Positions 27,925-37,736 are shown, numbered from the stretch's first letter. The stretch: 64,000 bases of DNA from Candidatus Omnitrophota bacterium (GCA_043821705.1 JBDRCN010000051.1:28007-92006), one strand, 5' to 3'. Made by a program: numbers and translations. The notes: generated by a model not told the origin, from the letters alone.

Positions 27925-28572
27925 ATGAAAATAATAGATATTGGATTGAAAAAATATAGAGAAGCATATGAATTTCAACTTGAGCTAGTGGAAAAGGTGT
28001 CAAGGGGCCTAGAGCCGGATACGCTGATAATAACAGAGCATTACCCAATTATAACTTTAGGTCGACGCAGCAAGCTAGAGAATATTTTAGCATCAGAAGA
28101 AGAGTTGAATAATTTGGGGATAGAAGTGTTAAAGATCGATAGAGGCGGAGATGTCACGTATCACGGGCCAGGGCAGCTCGTAGCATATCCGATCATGAAG
28201 CTGGAGAATGAAGCGAAGGACATACATATATTCTTGGATTACCTAGAAGAAGTAGGGCTGGATTTTTTATCCAGATACAATGTGTCTGGTAGCAAGAAGT
28301 CAGGTTATAGAGGTGTTTGGGTAGGAGAACAGAAGATCGCTTCTATAGGAATAGGCGTGAAAAAATGGGTCACTTATCATGGTATAGCAATAAACATAAA
28401 TACCAGGCTAAAAGATTTTTCACTTATAACACCTTGCGGCATAAAAGATATTGGGATGACCAGCCTAGAAAAAGTGCTGGGCAAAAGGATCGACATTGAT
28501 CATGCAAAAGACAGACTCGTCTCCTCGTTCAAAGAGGTTTCCTTATTGGCTAAGGCAGACGCTTATAAATAA
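27925..28572 (+). CDS. lipB: Octanoyltransferase LipB
   Basis: EHYPIITLGRR, DRGGDVTYHGPGQLVAYP, KIASIG, ITPCGI. Confidence 0.95.
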   Translation: MKIIDIGLKKYREAYEFQLELVEKVSRGLEPDTLIITEHYPIITLGRRSKLENILASEEELNNLGIEVLKIDRGGDVTYHGPGQLVAYPIMKLENEAKDIHIFLDYLEEVGLDFLSRYNVSGSKKSGYRGVWVGEQKIASIGIGVKKWVTYHGIAININTRLKDFSLITPCGIKDIGMTSLEKVLGKRIDIDHAKDRLVSSFKEVSLLAKADAYK

Positions 28573-29362
28573 TAAGGATGAAGAGGATGTAAGGCAACTA
28601 TTAAAAGAACTTGGCCTTAACACAGTCTGTCAGAGCGCAGTATGCCCTAATATATATGAATGTTTTTCAAAAAAGATCTGCACTTTTTTAATATTAGGGG
28701 AATATTGCACTAGAAGCTGCAGGTTCTGCGCTGTTAAGACAAAGAAAAAATATCTAGAGAGACCTGGCGAAAAAGAGATCTTAAATATAATAGAAGCTAT
28801 TAAAAAGCTTAACCTAGAAAGAATAGTGATAACATCTGTTACTAGGGATGATCTGGAGGATGGGGGCGCAGGACACTTTGCACTGTGCATTCAGAGATTG
28901 AAAAACGCATTCAGAGATCTAGAAATAGAAGTGCTGGTGCCGGATTTTCTTGGGGATAAAGGATCTATAGAGACAGTTGTTAATTCAGGGCCAGATGTAT
29001 TTGCCCATAATATAGAGACAGTCCCAAGACTCTATGAACAAGTAAGACCAGAGGCAGATTACAAGAGGTCGCTACGGGTCTTGGAAGAAGCTAAGAACAT
29101 AAGGCTAGAAATAGTGATAAAAAGTGGGTTGATGTTAGGTCTGAGGGAAAAGAAAGAAGAAGTCCTCGAAGTGATGAATGATCTAAAAAGCATAGGATGT
29201 GACAATATAGTATTAGGCCAATATTTAAGGCCTAATAAAGATTGCATAGAAGTAGATAGGTTTTTAGAGCCTAAAGAATTTGAAGATCTGAAGCTGATCG
29301 CAGAACAGTTTGGTTTTAAAAAAGTTACATCAAGGCCTTTTGCCAGGTCTTCGATTGAATAA
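28502..29362 (+). CDS. lipA: Lipoyl synthase
   Basis: CQSAVCPNIYEC, CTRSCRFC, HNIETVPRL, ARSS; start approximate. Confidence 0.95.
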   Translation: MQKTDSSPRSKRFPYWLRQTLINNKDEEDVRQLLKELGLNTVCQSAVCPNIYECFSKKICTFLILGEYCTRSCRFCAVKTKKKYLERPGEKEILNIIEAIKKLNLERIVITSVTRDDLEDGGAGHFALCIQRLKNAFRDLEIEVLVPDFLGDKGSIETVVNSGPDVFAHNIETVPRLYEQVRPEADYKRSLRVLEEAKNIRLEIVIKSGLMLGLREKKEEVLEVMNDLKSIGCDNIVLGQYLRPNKDCIEVDRFLEPKEFEDLKLIAEQFGFKKVTSRPFARSSIE

Positions 29363-29373
29363 AGGGAGGGGAT

Positions 29374-29604
29374 ATGGTAGAATTTAAATTACCTGAACTC
29401 ACAGAAGGGGTCAATGAAGCAGTAGTATCATTCTGGCACTTCAAAGTAGGAGATAGTGTCAAAGAAGGAGATGAGCTAGTAGAGATGGCTACTGATAAAG
29501 CAGCTTTCAATGTGCCTTGTAAGGCTTCGGGCACTCTAAAAGAGATAAAGGCTAATGAAGGGGATACTGTTAAAGTAGGCCAAGTTCTTGCGATAATAGA
29601 ATAA
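29374..29604 (+). CDS. Stand-alone lipoyl-attachment domain protein
   Basis: LPELTEGV, VGDSVKEGDELVEMATDKA (lipoyl-Lys), 76 aa, good SD. Confidence 0.88.
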   Translation: MVEFKLPELTEGVNEAVVSFWHFKVGDSVKEGDELVEMATDKAAFNVPCKASGTLKEIKANEGDTVKVGQVLAIIE

Positions 29605-29611
29605 ATTACTC

Positions 29612-29724
29612 TAATGACAAATGTCGAATTTCAAATGTCAAATCAATTACTTAAATCCCAATACCAAATTGGAAAATTGGTGATTTGGAATTTATTTGGA
29701 TTTTGTCATTAGTCATTCGGCATT
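29612..29724. repeat. Degenerate 7-bp repeats in two opposed blocks (aaatgac/aaatgtc then gtcattN)
   Basis: aatgacaaatgtcgaatttcaaatgtcaaat ... ttgtcattagtcattcggcatt. Confidence 0.65.
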
Positions 29725-29740
29725 ATACGAGGAGGTAAAA

Positions 29741-30226
29741 ATGAAAGAGATTTTAGAGATCCTAAAAAAGGATGCCAGGACTACACCAGAAGAGATCGCA
29801 AAACTCACTAAGAAAAAAATAGCGTCAGTAAAGACCACGATAAAAAAACTAGAAAAAGACGGGGTGATACTTAAATACAAGACTGTCATAAACAATGAAC
29901 TTATAAAAGATGACACTAAGAGTGTGAGAGCTCTTATAGAGGTAAGGATAGCTCCTCAGAGAGGCCATGGATTTGACCAGATAGCTGAGAGGATATATAA
30001 GTTCCCGGAGGTAGTCAGCTGTTACCTTCTTTCAGGGACATATGACCTTCTCTTGGTAGTAGAAGGAAAAGATATACAGGAAGTATCAAGCTTTGTGTCT
30101 GGCAAACTCTCTACATTGGACAATGTAAGGGGAACAGTCACGCACTTCTTGTTAAAAAAATACAAAGAGGACGGGGATATATTGAAAAGAGCTGATAGAG
30201 ATAAAAGGATCGCAATATCGTTTTAG
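29741..30226 (+). CDS. Lrp/AsnC-family transcriptional regulator
   Basis: ILEILKKDARTTPEEIA HTH; C-terminal RAM domain; GGAGG SD before ATG 29741. Confidence 0.93.
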   Translation: MKEILEILKKDARTTPEEIAKLTKKKIASVKTTIKKLEKDGVILKYKTVINNELIKDDTKSVRALIEVRIAPQRGHGFDQIAERIYKFPEVVSCYLLSGTYDLLLVVEGKDIQEVSSFVSGKLSTLDNVRGTVTHFLLKKYKEDGDILKRADRDKRIAISF

Positions 30227-30230
30227 TTTA

Positions 30231-30253
30231 TCCCTCGACTTCGCTCGGGACAA
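30231..30253. repeat. Short palindromic element (tccctcgacttcgctcgggacaa)
   Basis: GC-rich mini-hairpin in AT-rich spacer; resembles widespread cttcgac-tcgctcag-type dispersed repeats. Confidence 0.45.
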
Positions 30254-30265
30254 GAAAGTTTAAAA

Positions 30266-31429
30266 ATGAAAAAAAATATTAAAATTTCAGAAAAAGTTGA
30301 AAAGATGCCACCATCAGGGATAAGGGAGTTCTTTGAGCTTGTTATAGGCATGAAGGATGTCATATCTCTTGGCGTAGGAGAGCCTGATTTTGTTACTCCT
30401 TGGAATATATGCGAGACCAGTATTTTCTCTATAGAAAAAGGCCATACTTCTTACACTTCCAATAAGGGGCTTTTTGAACTCAGGCACGAGATCGCTAGGT
30501 ATATTAAGCAAAAATTCAGCGTTACTTATAGTCCAGAAGACGAGATATTGATCACTACGGGGGTCAGTGAAGCGCTTGATCTGGTCCTAAGGTCTATTAT
30601 TAATCCAGGAGATAAGGTATTGATCCAAGATCCTTGTTATGTTTCGTATTATCCAGTTATTTATCTAGCAGGCGGCAAGGCAGTATCTATGCCTACAAAG
30701 TCTACTGGTTTTAAATTGACCCCTGAGATATTGAAGAAACATATTTCAAAAGGCGTAAAAGCAGTGCTCCTCAACTATCCAGCTAATCCAACAGGCGTGA
30801 CTTATACTAAAAAAGAACTTATAGAACTCTCGAAGGTATTCATAAAGCACGATCTTATCGTGATAAGTGATGAGATATATGATGAATTAACCTATGATTT
30901 CGATCACACGCCACTGAACGCATTGAAGGGGATGAAGGAAAGGACTGTCTATTTAAATGGCTTCTCCAAGAGCTTTGCTATGACTGGGTGGCGCATAGGT
31001 TATGCATGCGGACCTGAAAAAATAATCAGCGCTATGACCAAGATACACCAGTACACTATGCTTTGCTCTCCTATAATGGGCCAGATAGGCGCAATAGAGG
31101 CTTTAAAGAACTCTGAAAAATCTGTATTAGAGATGAAGCGTGAATATAAAAGGAGACGAGAATTTATTTCTGAGGAGCTGAATAGCATGGGGCTTAGCTG
31201 TCCAAAGCCCGAGGGCGCATTCTATATATTTCCATCTATTAAAAAGACCGGTATGAGATCAATGGAATTTTCTAAACAGTTATTAAAAAAAGAAAAAGTT
31301 GCAGTGGTTCCAGGAACTGCTTTTGGCAGAGAGGGTGAAGGGTATGTCAGGATTTGTTATGCTTTGGAGCTCGTAAAGCTGAAAGAGGCAAGTTCTCGCA
31401 TAAGACATTTCCTAAAGAAATATGCATAA
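30266..31429 (+). CDS. PLP-dependent aminotransferase class I/II
   Basis: SLGVGEPDF, NYPANPTG, SDEIY, GFSKSFAMTGWRIG. Confidence 0.95.
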   Translation: MKKNIKISEKVEKMPPSGIREFFELVIGMKDVISLGVGEPDFVTPWNICETSIFSIEKGHTSYTSNKGLFELRHEIARYIKQKFSVTYSPEDEILITTGVSEALDLVLRSIINPGDKVLIQDPCYVSYYPVIYLAGGKAVSMPTKSTGFKLTPEILKKHISKGVKAVLLNYPANPTGVTYTKKELIELSKVFIKHDLIVISDEIYDELTYDFDHTPLNALKGMKERTVYLNGFSKSFAMTGWRIGYACGPEKIISAMTKIHQYTMLCSPIMGQIGAIEALKNSEKSVLEMKREYKRRREFISEELNSMGLSCPKPEGAFYIFPSIKKTGMRSMEFSKQLLKKEKVAVVPGTAFGREGEGYVRICYALELVKLKEASSRIRHFLKKYA

Positions 31430-32540
31430 AAATAAAAAAATACTTCTCTTGTATATCACATTGAACTCTGGGCATCACAGAGCTAGCTGCGCGATAGAGA
31501 ACGCACTGAAGGATATCTCCCCCTCAATAGAGACCTTAAACATCAATGCCTTTGTTTATACAAATCCTATCTTCGAGAAGATAATCAACCGGACTTACAT
31601 GACAGTTATAAAAAATAGACCAGAGGTCTGGGATTATCTTTACGATAACCCGAAAGTGTTAAAAAGCGTGCAGGGTTTAAGGGATGTGATACATAAGCAT
31701 AATTCGAAGAAACTTAAAAATCTTTTAGAGGATTTCAAACCTGATGTTTGTGTGTGCACTCAGGCATTTCCATGTGGCATGATAGCTGACTACAAAAAGA
31801 ACCTTAAGCTGGACCTGCCACTTTTAGGCGTACTTACTGACAATGCTCCTCATTCTTACTGGATATTTGAAGATGTTGATTATTACATTGTCCCATCAGA
31901 TAGAAGTAAAAAACAATTCGTGAAGAACGGGGTCCCAGAAAAAAAGATAAAAGACTTTGGTATTCCTATTGATCCACGATTTAAGATAGGCCACAATAAA
32001 GACGAGATATGCAAGACTTTAGGCTTAAACCCAATGCTCCCGACAGTTTTGATCATGGGGGGTAGTCAGGGGCTTGGGCCAGTAGAGAGCGTGTTGGATA
32101 TATTAGAGTACCTTGAGGTTAGTTTCCAGATAGCTGTAGTATGCGGTAGCAATGATAAGTTAAAAAACACCCTTATTAAAAAAAGTCAGAGATACAAGAG
32201 GCGGCTTTGCGTCTTTGGCCTTATAAATAATATTGATGAATTAATGGAGGTCTCGAGCATTGTCATTACTAAGCCAGGAGGCCTTACTACAAGTGAAGCG
32301 CTGAGTAAAGGCCTTCCCATGATGATAGTAAATCCTCTTCCAGGACAGGAACAGAAGAACACACAGTATCTTTTAGATGCAGGTGTTGCTGTGAAGGCAG
32401 ATGACAGGGAGGATATTGCAACCCTCTTACAAGAGCTTCTCCTAAGCACTACTAAACTTGAAGAGATGAAGACCCAGACCGAAAAACTTAAAAAACCTAA
32501 TTCAGCGATCGATACAGCTAACCTTATAATTAGTCTATAG
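31422..32540 (+). CDS. MGDG synthase/UgtP-like diacylglycerol glycosyltransferase (GT28-like)
   Basis: SGHHRAS, GIPIDPRF, MGGSQG, TKPGGLTTSEAL, PGQEQKN. Confidence 0.87.
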   Translation: MHKNKKILLLYITLNSGHHRASCAIENALKDISPSIETLNINAFVYTNPIFEKIINRTYMTVIKNRPEVWDYLYDNPKVLKSVQGLRDVIHKHNSKKLKNLLEDFKPDVCVCTQAFPCGMIADYKKNLKLDLPLLGVLTDNAPHSYWIFEDVDYYIVPSDRSKKQFVKNGVPEKKIKDFGIPIDPRFKIGHNKDEICKTLGLNPMLPTVLIMGGSQGLGPVESVLDILEYLEVSFQIAVVCGSNDKLKNTLIKKSQRYKRRLCVFGLINNIDELMEVSSIVITKPGGLTTSEALSKGLPMMIVNPLPGQEQKNTQYLLDAGVAVKADDREDIATLLQELLLSTTKLEEMKTQTEKLKKPNSAIDTANLIISL

Positions 32541-32543
32541 CTA

Positions 32544-33425
32544 ATGATATTCTATCTTTTATATAAATTTGGACATTTCCTGGCAAATACCCTGTCGATT
32601 AAGCACGCTTACTTTGTAGCAGAGAGATTTTCTGATGTGCAATGTTTCCTGTCAAGAAAAGATAGGAGAGCTGTGCAGGAGAATCTAAGCAAGGTCCTTA
32701 ATAAGAAGCCAGAGGAGTGTTTAGGTTTGGCTCGCAAGGCATTTAGGAATTTTGGGCTATATCTGGTGGATTTTTTCAGGGTTACGCAGTACACAAAAGA
32801 GGACTTTAAGAAAAGAGTAAAGATAGTCGGCCTTGAAAATGTAGATAATGTCTTAAAACAAGGTCGAGGCGTAATAGTCCTATCAGCTCATCTAGGGAAT
32901 TGGGAGATAGCAGGGATCGCCATGGGTGCGAGAGGTTATGATATAAGTGCTGTAACTTTGAACCACAAGCATAAGAATATAGATGATTTTTTTATTGACC
33001 AGAGAGAGAAAAAAGGCATGAAGGTCATAACCATGAACTCTGCTATGAAAAAATGCGTATCATGCTTACGTAAGGCAGGACTTCTAGCTCTTTTAGGGGA
33101 CAGGGATTTTACAGATTCAGGAGTGATGTTAAAGTTTTTTGGGAAAGAGACCAGCATACCCAAAGGGCCTGTGCTTCTCAGCCTTAAGACGAATGCTGCG
33201 ATCATCCCAGGATTCGGTATAAGGACGAGCAGGTTTGACTACACGCTCTTTTTTGAAGAACCTCTAGATATCAAGGTTGATGAAAGTTTAGATAAAAGAG
33301 AAGCTATAAAAGAAGCAGTAAAAGCTACTATACCTATAATGGAAAAATATATAAAAAAATACCCTGAACAATGGTTGGTCTTTAGAAGATTCTGGGAAAA
33401 GATAGAGGACCCGATGGCATTATGA
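32544..33425 (+). CDS. Lipid A lauroyl-type/phosphatidylinositol mannoside-type acyltransferase
   Basis: SAHLGNWE, ALLGDRD, FFG, YPEQWLVF. Confidence 0.88.
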   Translation: MIFYLLYKFGHFLANTLSIKHAYFVAERFSDVQCFLSRKDRRAVQENLSKVLNKKPEECLGLARKAFRNFGLYLVDFFRVTQYTKEDFKKRVKIVGLENVDNVLKQGRGVIVLSAHLGNWEIAGIAMGARGYDISAVTLNHKHKNIDDFFIDQREKKGMKVITMNSAMKKCVSCLRKAGLLALLGDRDFTDSGVMLKFFGKETSIPKGPVLLSLKTNAAIIPGFGIRTSRFDYTLFFEEPLDIKVDESLDKREAIKEAVKATIPIMEKYIKKYPEQWLVFRRFWEKIEDPMAL

Positions 33426-34090
33426 ATGTATTTATTGTGATCCCTACATATAATGAATCAAGGACAATAGGCTATATTGTCAGTAGGCTCATTGAAAAAG
33501 GCTTTAGGGTCGTGGTGATAGATGACGGCTCAAAAGACCATACCATAGTAGATGCGAATAGATATGGAGCTGACCTGATAGTACATGAAAAAAATGTCGG
33601 AAAAGGCAGGTGTTTAAGAGAGGGCCTAGAATACGCTATTGAGAATGGCTGTGACGTAGCTATTACTATGGATGGAGATGGTCAACACGATCTAAGAGAG
33701 ATAAATAAGTTTATTGAAAAACATAGAGAGACAGGGGCTGATATTGTAATAGGGGACAGGATGCATGATCCTAAGAAGATGCCTCTAGTGCGGCGTTGGA
33801 CAAATAGATTTATGTCGTTTTTGGTCTCCAGTATGCTTGGGCAGAAGATAAGTGATTCGCAGTGTGGCTACAGGCTGATCTCTAGAAAGGCCATAGAAAA
33901 GATGAATCTCAAGACCAGTAAGTACGAGATAGATTCTGAAATACTCCTGGAGGCAAAACGCCATGGCCTCAAGATAACATCCGTGGACATCGCCTCGATA
34001 TATGGGGAAGAGTACAGCCAGATCCACCCATTTTTTGATACCATAAGGTTTATAAGGTTTATCATCTATGCTTCAAGAAAAAATATTTAA
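33422..34090 (+). CDS. Glycosyltransferase family 2 (DPM synthase-like)
   Basis: IPTYNE, IDDGSKD, MDGDGQHD, DSQCGYR. Confidence 0.92.
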   Translation: MNVFIVIPTYNESRTIGYIVSRLIEKGFRVVVIDDGSKDHTIVDANRYGADLIVHEKNVGKGRCLREGLEYAIENGCDVAITMDGDGQHDLREINKFIEKHRETGADIVIGDRMHDPKKMPLVRRWTNRFMSFLVSSMLGQKISDSQCGYRLISRKAIEKMNLKTSKYEIDSEILLEAKRHGLKITSVDIASIYGEEYSQIHPFFDTIRFIRFIIYASRKNI

Positions 34091-34562
34091 TTTTTTATAT
34101 TCATTTGGCTGGGATACGAGAGTCTTGATCACGTTTTTAGGGACTTTGCCTGTGACTGAGCTCAGGGCATCTATCCCTATAGGCATTCTAGTGTTGAAAG
34201 AAAATGTTAAGTTTGTGGTATTTTATTCTATACTGGGAAACCTTATACCTATTGCGCCTATCTATTTTTTATTAGACCCGATCTCAAAGAAACTATCAAA
34301 GACCCCTATAATGAAGAGATTTTTTGACTGGCTTTTTGCGAGGGCCAAGAAAAGAGCTGGACTGATCGAAAAGTATGAAGCCATTGGTTTAGCGCTTTTT
34401 GTAGGCATTCCTTTGCCAGGAACAGGTGTGTGGACAGGATGCTTGATCGCTTCTCTTCTACGGATGAGGTTTTTGCCGACATTCATCGCAGCGACTATAG
34501 GTGTATTCATCGCAGCGACTATTGTGACCTTGCTTACACTATTAGGCAAGCTGGCTTTTTAA
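34068..34562 (+). CDS. Small multidrug export-like membrane protein (COG2426 type)
   Basis: LPVTELRASIP, FVGIPLPGTGVWTG. Confidence 0.85.
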   Translation: MLQEKIFNFLYSFGWDTRVLITFLGTLPVTELRASIPIGILVLKENVKFVVFYSILGNLIPIAPIYFLLDPISKKLSKTPIMKRFFDWLFARAKKRAGLIEKYEAIGLALFVGIPLPGTGVWTGCLIASLLRMRFLPTFIAATIGVFIAATIVTLLTLLGKLAF

Positions 34563-34563
34563 T

Positions 34564-35082
34564 ATGATCCATATCTATACTGGCAATGCAAAAGGTAAGA
34601 CTACATGTGCGATAGGCCTTGCAGTAAGGGCTAGAGGCCAAGGACTAAAGGTCGCGATCTTCCAATTCTTAAAGCCAAAGGCTATCCAGTCCGGCGAAGA
34701 AAAACTCTTAAAAAAAATAAAAGGCATAGAGCTTGTTAAATTTGACCAGATGCACCCTATGTTTCACTCTGGTGATGTGAATTTTTTAAAGCTTAAAGAA
34801 GGTATAGAGAAAGACTTTAAAAAAATAGAAAAAACTGTCTTGAGTAAAAAATATGACATGGTTATATTGGATGAAGTTATAAATGCAGTGGATCAAAACT
34901 TTATTGATATAGAAAAATTTATAAAATTACTTAAAAAAGCTCCTAAGGATGTAGAGATCGTCCTAACTGGCCGCGGTGATATTTCAAACCTGGAGCTATT
35001 TGCAGATTACATAACAGTAATGGTGGAGAAAAAGCATCCTTTCAGAAAACAAAAACTTGCAAGAAAAGGGATCGAATATTGA
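34564..35082 (+). CDS. btuR: Cob(I)alamin adenosyltransferase (CobA/BtuR type)
   Basis: IYTGNAKGKTT, QFLK, LDEV, LTGR, KHPF...ARKGIEY. Confidence 0.93.
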   Translation: MIHIYTGNAKGKTTCAIGLAVRARGQGLKVAIFQFLKPKAIQSGEEKLLKKIKGIELVKFDQMHPMFHSGDVNFLKLKEGIEKDFKKIEKTVLSKKYDMVILDEVINAVDQNFIDIEKFIKLLKKAPKDVEIVLTGRGDISNLELFADYITVMVEKKHPFRKQKLARKGIEY

Positions 35083-35083
35083 G

Positions 35084-35152
35084 AAACAAGGGACACATCC
35101 CATTTTTTAGGGTTTTTGAAAGGTATAAAAAAATGGGATGTGTCCCTTGTTT
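35084..35152. repeat. Perfect 25-bp inverted repeat, 19-nt spacer
   Basis: aaacaagggacacatcccatttttt / aaaaaatgggatgtgtcccttgttt. Confidence 0.9.
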
Positions 35153-35930
35153 AGTGTTACTTTTATGTACACTATTTTTTTTTCCAGTCCCCTCCCAAGC
35201 AGGGCAATATAAAATAGTTTCTCTTGCTCCTAATGTGACTGAGATCTTATTTAAGCTTGGCTTAGGAGAAAATGTTATAGGTGCAGATGATTTTTCAGAT
35301 TTTCCAGAAGAAGCCAAGGACATCGAGAAATTAGGAGCCTTTAATAACCCAAACATAGAAAGAATGATACTTTTAAGGCCTGATTATATTTTTATAAGTG
35401 CCAGTTTTGACAGTGAGAAGAAGAGATTCTTAGAGTCATTGGGAATAAAGGTTGTTAGAGTATCCCCCATGTCATTCGATGAACTAAAAAAAGATATAGG
35501 TATGCTTGGGGATATATTTAATAGAGGAGAAGAAGCAGGTTCTATATTGGAAGATATTGATAAAAGGTTGCGAAGCCTACCAATAAATGCTGATGGTAAC
35601 AGGCCAAAAATATTTATAGCGCTTTCAATGGACCCTCTTATAACTGTATCAAGTTTTGTAGGGGATCTGATAGATCTTGCAGGTGGGGAAAACATCGCAG
35701 ATGACATGAAAAAAGATAGTGGCATTTTTAGCATAGAGGCTCTCATCGATAGAGATCCTGACATAATAATTGCTTCGGGTTTCATAGAAGATCTAAACCT
35801 ACCAAGATCTATAAGCGCTATTAAGAATAATAGAGTATATAAGGATCTTCCAGCTGATATTCTCCTTAGGCCTGGACCGAGATCCATAGATGCCATTGAA
35901 ATATTAAATAAGGTATTTTATGAGAATTAA
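35133..35930 (+). CDS. btuF: Cobalamin ABC transporter substrate-binding protein
   Basis: KIVSLAPNVTEILF.LG, PNIERM, RPGPR; signal peptide; start uncertain (35079 or 35133). Confidence 0.85.
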   Translation: MGCVPCLVLLLCTLFFFPVPSQAGQYKIVSLAPNVTEILFKLGLGENVIGADDFSDFPEEAKDIEKLGAFNNPNIERMILLRPDYIFISASFDSEKKRFLESLGIKVVRVSPMSFDELKKDIGMLGDIFNRGEEAGSILEDIDKRLRSLPINADGNRPKIFIALSMDPLITVSSFVGDLIDLAGGENIADDMKKDSGIFSIEALIDRDPDIIIASGFIEDLNLPRSISAIKNNRVYKDLPADILLRPGPRSIDAIEILNKVFYEN

Positions 35931-36867
35931 GATCAGTACTTTTTTAATCATCTGTGTTTTAATCTTGATAGTAGTTAGTGTTTTAAGCCTGGTCCTCGGG
36001 AGCGTAAATTTCACTCTTAATAAAGAAATACTGAAACTAAGGTTTTTCAGGATAGTCTTAGCTATTATTGCTGGAGGCGGCCTTGCATTGGCAGGACTGA
36101 TCTTGCAAGCTCTTTTAAGAAATCCTCTCGCAGAGCCATATGTATTAGGTGTCTCATCTGGTTCAGGTCTGGGAGCTGTAATAGGGCTACTTTTTTTTGA
36201 AAGAATGATCTTTGCTAATAGCTTCGGTTTTATAGGAGGTATTTTAACTATAATTCTGGTGTCAGAACTCGCAAAGGTCAATAAAAGGACAAGTTCTGAA
36301 AACATGATCATCGCTGGGATCATAGTGAATGCATTATTTTCAAGCATTCTCATGTTTTTTGTATCAAATTCATTCAGCCCGAAGATACATTCAGTGATCT
36401 GGTGGCTTCTTGGGAATCTACAAGTTTATAAACTGAGCAATGTGATTATTCCTGGGATAATTTTACTAGCAGGTTTATTTATAACACAGTTTTATTCAAA
36501 AGAGCTAAATGCCATGAGTCTAGGAGAAGAAGAAGCGCTTCACTTAGGGGTAAATGTCGAAGTAGTTAAAAAGATCCTTCTGATCACTGCAACCTTGGTT
36601 ACGAGCATAATCGTTTCAATGTGCGGGATAATAGGATTCGTAGGGCTAATGATACCTCATATGGCAAGGCGTTTAATAGGGCCAGACCATAGAAAGCTCG
36701 TTCCAGCTTCAGTTTTAATGGGAGGAATATTTCTTTTAATATGCGATCTTATTTCTAGAACTATTATTTCCCCTAGAGAGATACCAGTAGGTGTGATCAC
36801 AGCATTTATTGGCGTCCCATTTTTTATCTATATCTTGAGAAGGACCAGAAAGGTGTATTTTAAGTAG
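35920..36867 (+). CDS. btuC: Cobalamin/iron-chelate ABC permease
   Basis: RNPLAEPYVLGVSSG, GIIGFVGLMIPH, EIPVGVITA. Confidence 0.88.
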   Translation: MRIKISTFLIICVLILIVVSVLSLVLGSVNFTLNKEILKLRFFRIVLAIIAGGGLALAGLILQALLRNPLAEPYVLGVSSGSGLGAVIGLLFFERMIFANSFGFIGGILTIILVSELAKVNKRTSSENMIIAGIIVNALFSSILMFFVSNSFSPKIHSVIWWLLGNLQVYKLSNVIIPGIILLAGLFITQFYSKELNAMSLGEEEALHLGVNVEVVKKILLITATLVTSIIVSMCGIIGFVGLMIPHMARRLIGPDHRKLVPASVLMGGIFLLICDLISRTIISPREIPVGVITAFIGVPFFIYILRRTRKVYFK

Positions 36868-36872
36868 CAATA

Positions 36873-36922
36873 AGCTCCCGCATCTAGAAAGTGTTTAAAT
36901 ATTCCGGCAAGATGCAGGAGCT
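36873..36922. repeat. Inverted 13-bp pair with 24-nt spacer (diverged REPIN-like)
   Basis: agctcccgcatct / agatgcaggagct; tccggcaagat shared with the 11585 region. Confidence 0.55.
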
Positions 36923-36938
36923 GGGACGGTTAACATAT

Positions 36939-37736
36939 ATGTTAGAATTTCGTAATGTTACAAGCGGATATCACGATACAGAGATATTAAAAGGCATCTC
37001 TTTTAATATAGAGAAGGGGGATTTTGTCGGTATTATCGGGCCAAATGGTTCAGGAAAATCCACGCTTTTAAAAACAGCTACAAAGATAATAAAAATATCT
37101 AAAGGAGAGGTGTTGTTAGAAGGGAAACCAATAAATGAGATCTCATTAAGAGAAATGTCTACGCGCATAGCCATAGTTCCGCAAGACACTCTTTTTATGT
37201 TCCCCTTTAAGGTAATGGATATAGTTTTGATGGGCAGGATCCCTTTTATTAATGATAGATTTGGGAAAGAATCTAAAAAAGACCTAGAAATAGCAGAAGG
37301 GTCTTTAAGATCAGTAGATGCGCTTCACTTAAGAGACAGGTATTTGGATGAGCTTAGTGGTGGAGAGAGGCAACGCGTAATAATCGCCAAAGCATTAGCG
37401 CAGGAACCTGCAGTTTTATTTTTAGATGAGCCTACTACACACCTAGATATTCAACACCAGGTTGACATATTCAGTTTATTAAGCAATCTTAATAGGGAAA
37501 AGAATATTACAGTTATTGCGATAATGCATGATTTAAATCTAGCATCGAGTTATTGCAATGATCTGATATTATTAAGTGAAGGCAGAGTAAAGAAGCAAGG
37601 AACACCTCAAGAAGTTTTGGATTATAAGATAATAGAAGAAGTTTATAAGACGGTAGTGATCGTAAAAGATAACCCCATAAGCAAAAGGCCGCATGTATTT
37701 TTAGTAAAACAAGAAAGGAAACTGTTTCCAAACTAA
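36939..37736 (+). CDS. btuD: Cobalamin/iron-chelate ABC ATPase
   Basis: GPNGSGKST, LSGGERQR, LDEPTTHLD, HDLNLA. Confidence 0.88.
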   Translation: MLEFRNVTSGYHDTEILKGISFNIEKGDFVGIIGPNGSGKSTLLKTATKIIKISKGEVLLEGKPINEISLREMSTRIAIVPQDTLFMFPFKVMDIVLMGRIPFINDRFGKESKKDLEIAEGSLRSVDALHLRDRYLDELSGGERQRVIIAKALAQEPAVLFLDEPTTHLDIQHQVDIFSLLSNLNREKNITVIAIMHDLNLASSYCNDLILLSEGRVKKQGTPQEVLDYKIIEEVYKTVVIVKDNPISKRPHVFLVKQERKLFPN

